From Candidatus Sericytochromatia bacterium (lineage in GTDB: Bacteria > Cyanobacteriota > Sericytochromatia > S15B-MN24 > UBA4093), in NCBI GenBank assembly GCA_036676495.1, contig JAKFCT010000014.1, positions 101,893-165,892 on the forward strand: DNA of 64,000 nucleotides. Reading direction: 5' to 3'. Shown piece after piece: positions 61,862 through 64,000 of this stretch. The notes beneath the pieces were generated by a model that was not told where the DNA came from, made no database searches, and worked only from the letters and a program-made list of their open reading frames with translations. Made by a program: the position numbers and the translations under genes. The first letter of the stretch is position 1, and each line of letters opens with the position of its first letter.

Positions 61862-63097
61862 CTAGACGCGCTCGATGATGGTCGCAATCCCCTGGCCCCC
61901 ACCAATGCACATGGTGACCAGGCCGGTCGCAAGGTCCCGCCGCTCCAACTCGTCCAGCACCGTCCCGAGCAAGATGGCACCGGTCGCACCGAGGGGGTGT
62001 CCCAGTGCGATGGCGCCCCCGTTCACGTTGACCCGCTCGGGATCGATCTCGAGCGTCCGGATCACCTGGATGACCACGGCCGCGAACGCCTCGTTGATCT
62101 CCCACAGGTCGATGTCTCCAACGCTCATTCCCGCCAATGCGAGCGCCTTCTTGGTGGCGGGGGTGGGCCCGGTCAACATGATCACCGGCTCGCTACCCTG
62201 GGTTGCGAAGGCCCTGATACGCGCCCGAGGCTTGAAGCCGTGCGCCTTCACGTAGTCTTCGGAGGCCAGCATGACCGCTGCGGCCCCGTCCACGATCCCG
62301 CTCGAATTTCCCGCCGTGTGAACGTGGTGGATGGCCCGGACCTGCGGGTAGCCCAGCATGGCCATCTGATCGAGCGTCTCGCCGTTCGGCCCCACCTCCG
62401 TGCGACCGACCGCCGCGAACGAGGCGGCGAGGGCTCCCAGGCCCTCCATGGTGGTATCGGGACGGGGGAACTCCTCATTCGTCAGCGCGATCGCGCCCGT
62501 TAGCGGATCCTGGACCGGGAACAGGCTTCGGGAGAAGCGGCCTTCGCTGATGGCCACCGCCGCGCGACGCTGGCTGTCGAGCGCGACCCGATCCAACTCC
62601 TCCCGGGAAAAGCCCTCGAGCGTGGCAATCAGGTCCGCACTGATGCCCTGCGGTACCTGGAAGACGCTGCGACGCAAGGCGTGGTTGTGGCCGTCCACCA
62701 TGGCATCGTCCGAGCCCATGGGCACCCGCGACATGCTCTCGACGCCGCCGCCCACGACCAGCTGTTGCATCCCGCTCATCACCCCCATGGCCGCAAAGTT
62801 GACGGCTTGGAGGCCCGACGAGCAAAAGCGGTTGAGCGTCACCCCCGTTACCTCCTGGGGCCAGCCCGCCGCGATGACGGCCTGGCGTGCCAGATTGGCA
62901 CCCTGCTCCTTGACTTGAGAAACGACCCCGAGAACCACGTCATCGATCTCAGCCCGGGCGACCCCCGCGCGCTCGGCGAGCACGTTCAGGGTCTGAGCCA
63001 TGAGCTCTTGGGGGTGGATGCCCGTGAGCGCTCCCTTTCCGGCCTTGCCCCGGCCACGGGGCGTTCGAATGGCATCCAGGATGTAAGCGGTGGTCAT
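61862..63097 (-). CDS. Acetyl-CoA C-acyltransferase (thiolase)
   Basis: [27 protein letters not shown]. Confidence 0.95.
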   Translation of the reverse strand: MTTAYILDAIRTPRGRGKAGKGALTGIHPQELMAQTLNVLAERAGVARAEIDDVVLGVVSQVKEQGANLARQAVIAAGWPQEVTGVTLNRFCSSGLQAVNFAAMGVMSGMQQLVVGGGVESMSRVPMGSDDAMVDGHNHALRRSVFQVPQGISADLIATLEGFSREELDRVALDSQRRAAVAISEGRFSRSLFPVQDPLTGAIALTNEEFPRPDTTMEGLGALAASFAAVGRTEVGPNGETLDQMAMLGYPQVRAIHHVHTAGNSSGIVDGAAAVMLASEDYVKAHGFKPRARIRAFATQGSEPVIMLTGPTPATKKALALAGMSVGDIDLWEINEAFAAVVIQVIRTLEIDPERVNVNGGAIALGHPLGATGAILLGTVLDELERRDLATGLVTMCIGGGQGIATIIERV

Positions 63098-63165
63098 GAG
63101 GGGGCTCCCTTCTTTGATATCGCCAGGCACGGCCGCGTCGCAGCTTGATGTCTTTTATATGGCGA

Positions 63166-63186
63166 GTGTAATATTACACATGTAAT
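63166..63186. promoter_or_regulatory. Overlapping palindromes GTGTAATATTACAC and ATTACACATGTAAT (candidate TetR operator)
   Basis: Read directly, between divergent thiolase and tetR. Confidence 0.6.
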
Positions 63187-63232
63187 TTTTAAAGGCATGC
63201 TTGTCAAGGCGCCGTGGAACAGGAAAGGGGCC

Positions 63233-63820
63233 ATGAAAAAGTCGAAGGAAGAAACGCAGAAGACCCGACAGACGATTCTGCGCACGGCTGCGCGGGCGTT
63301 CCGAGAGCATGGCTTCGGCAACGTCTCGGTGAAGGAACTCATGGCGCAGGCAGGGCTCACCCATGGCGGGTTCTACGCCCACTTTCCGAGCAAGGAGGCT
63401 TTGTTCGCCGAGATCTGTGGCGAGGCTTTCGCCGAGTCGGTGGGGCATCTGACGAGTGCCGCGGAAGCGGCCCCCGCCGGACACGGCCGAGCTGCCTTGA
63501 TCGAGGCCTACCTGAGCCCGGCTCATCGAGACCAACCGGGGCACGGATGCATGATTCCGTCACTCGGGGCCGAGGTCGCACGCGCATCCCAAGAGGTCAA
63601 GCAGGCTTTCACCCTCAATCTGCCCCCCATGCTCGCGCGGATCGCCGAGCAGATGGATGACACCGAGCCGCAAGCACGCCAAACCCGGGCCATGGCCCAG
63701 CTCGCTCAGATGGTGGGCGGCCTACTGCTCGCGCGCGCCGTGGACGACCCTGAATTGAGCGATCGCATCCTGGAGGCATGTCGAGCCAGCCTGTTGCCCG
63801 AAGAGAAACCGAGAGGATGA
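63233..63820 (+). CDS. TetR family regulator
   Basis: VSVKELMAQAGLTHGGFYAHFPSKEAL, YLSPAHRD..GHGC. Confidence 0.93.
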   Translation: MKKSKEETQKTRQTILRTAARAFREHGFGNVSVKELMAQAGLTHGGFYAHFPSKEALFAEICGEAFAESVGHLTSAAEAAPAGHGRAALIEAYLSPAHRDQPGHGCMIPSLGAEVARASQEVKQAFTLNLPPMLARIAEQMDDTEPQARQTRAMAQLAQMVGGLLLARAVDDPELSDRILEACRASLLPEEKPRG

Positions 63821-63834
63821 TTAGGGGAAAGAAT

Positions 63835-63874
63835 AAACCCCGGAACGGCGAGGTGAGTCGCCGTTCCGGGGTTT
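63835..63874. terminator. Bidirectional terminator between tetR and the tRNA cluster
   Basis: AAACCCCGGAACGGCGA-N6-TCGCCGTTCCGGGGTTT. Confidence 0.8.
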
Positions 63875-63879
63875 GCGAG

Positions 63880-63953
63880 TGGGCATAACTGGATTCGAAC
63901 CAGTGACCTCGTCGATGTCAACGACGCGCTCTAACCAACTGAGCTATACGCCC
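63880..63953 (-). tRNA. tRNA-Val (GAC), CCA not encoded
   Basis: GGGCGTATAGCTCAGTTGGTTAGAGCG-CGTCG-TTGACAT-CGACG-AGGTC-ACTGGTTCGAATCCAGT-TATGCCCA cloverleaf. Confidence 0.97.
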
Positions 63954-63957
63954 CCAG

Positions 63958-64000
63958 AGGCGGCACCCAGATTCGAACTGGGGGTGGAGCTTTTGCAGAG
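63958..64000 (-). tRNA. tRNA-Cys (GCA), 3' half only (truncated by the window edge)
   Basis: CTGCAAA anticodon loop, CCCAGTTCGAATCTGGG T arm, TGCCGCCT 3' end. Confidence 0.9.

Overview
High-GC bacterial chromosomal window with about 50 CDS and a tRNA-Val(GAC)/partial tRNA-Cys(GCA) pair at the right edge. No integrase, transposase, prophage or CRISPR array was seen. Main blocks: a TetR-associated p-cresol/alkylphenol methylhydroxylase-like cluster (cytochrome c, Tat protein, PchF-like flavoprotein, SDR); a complete reductive pyrimidine catabolic cluster (preT-preA-ureidopropionase-aminotransferase-mmsA with divergent hydA); glnS; an OPT transporter; chemotaxis/signalling genes (MCP, CheV, orphan PAS/GAF, HD-GYP); sucA-sucB-lpdA; sugar ABC import and ABC export genes; and several hydrolase lipoproteins. 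The best novelty candidates are: (1) a translationally coupled operon of an unusual HTH protein, an HDAC/acetylpolyamine-amidohydrolase and an AblB/YodP-like beta-lysine acetyltransferase with no lysine aminomutase, under a probably leaderless promoter containing a perfect 18-bp palindrome; (2) the variant pch cluster; (3) a structured ~135-nt leader upstream of a DUF1292 gene; (4) recurring leaderless promoter architecture. All calls come from motif recognition by eye; no database searches were run.
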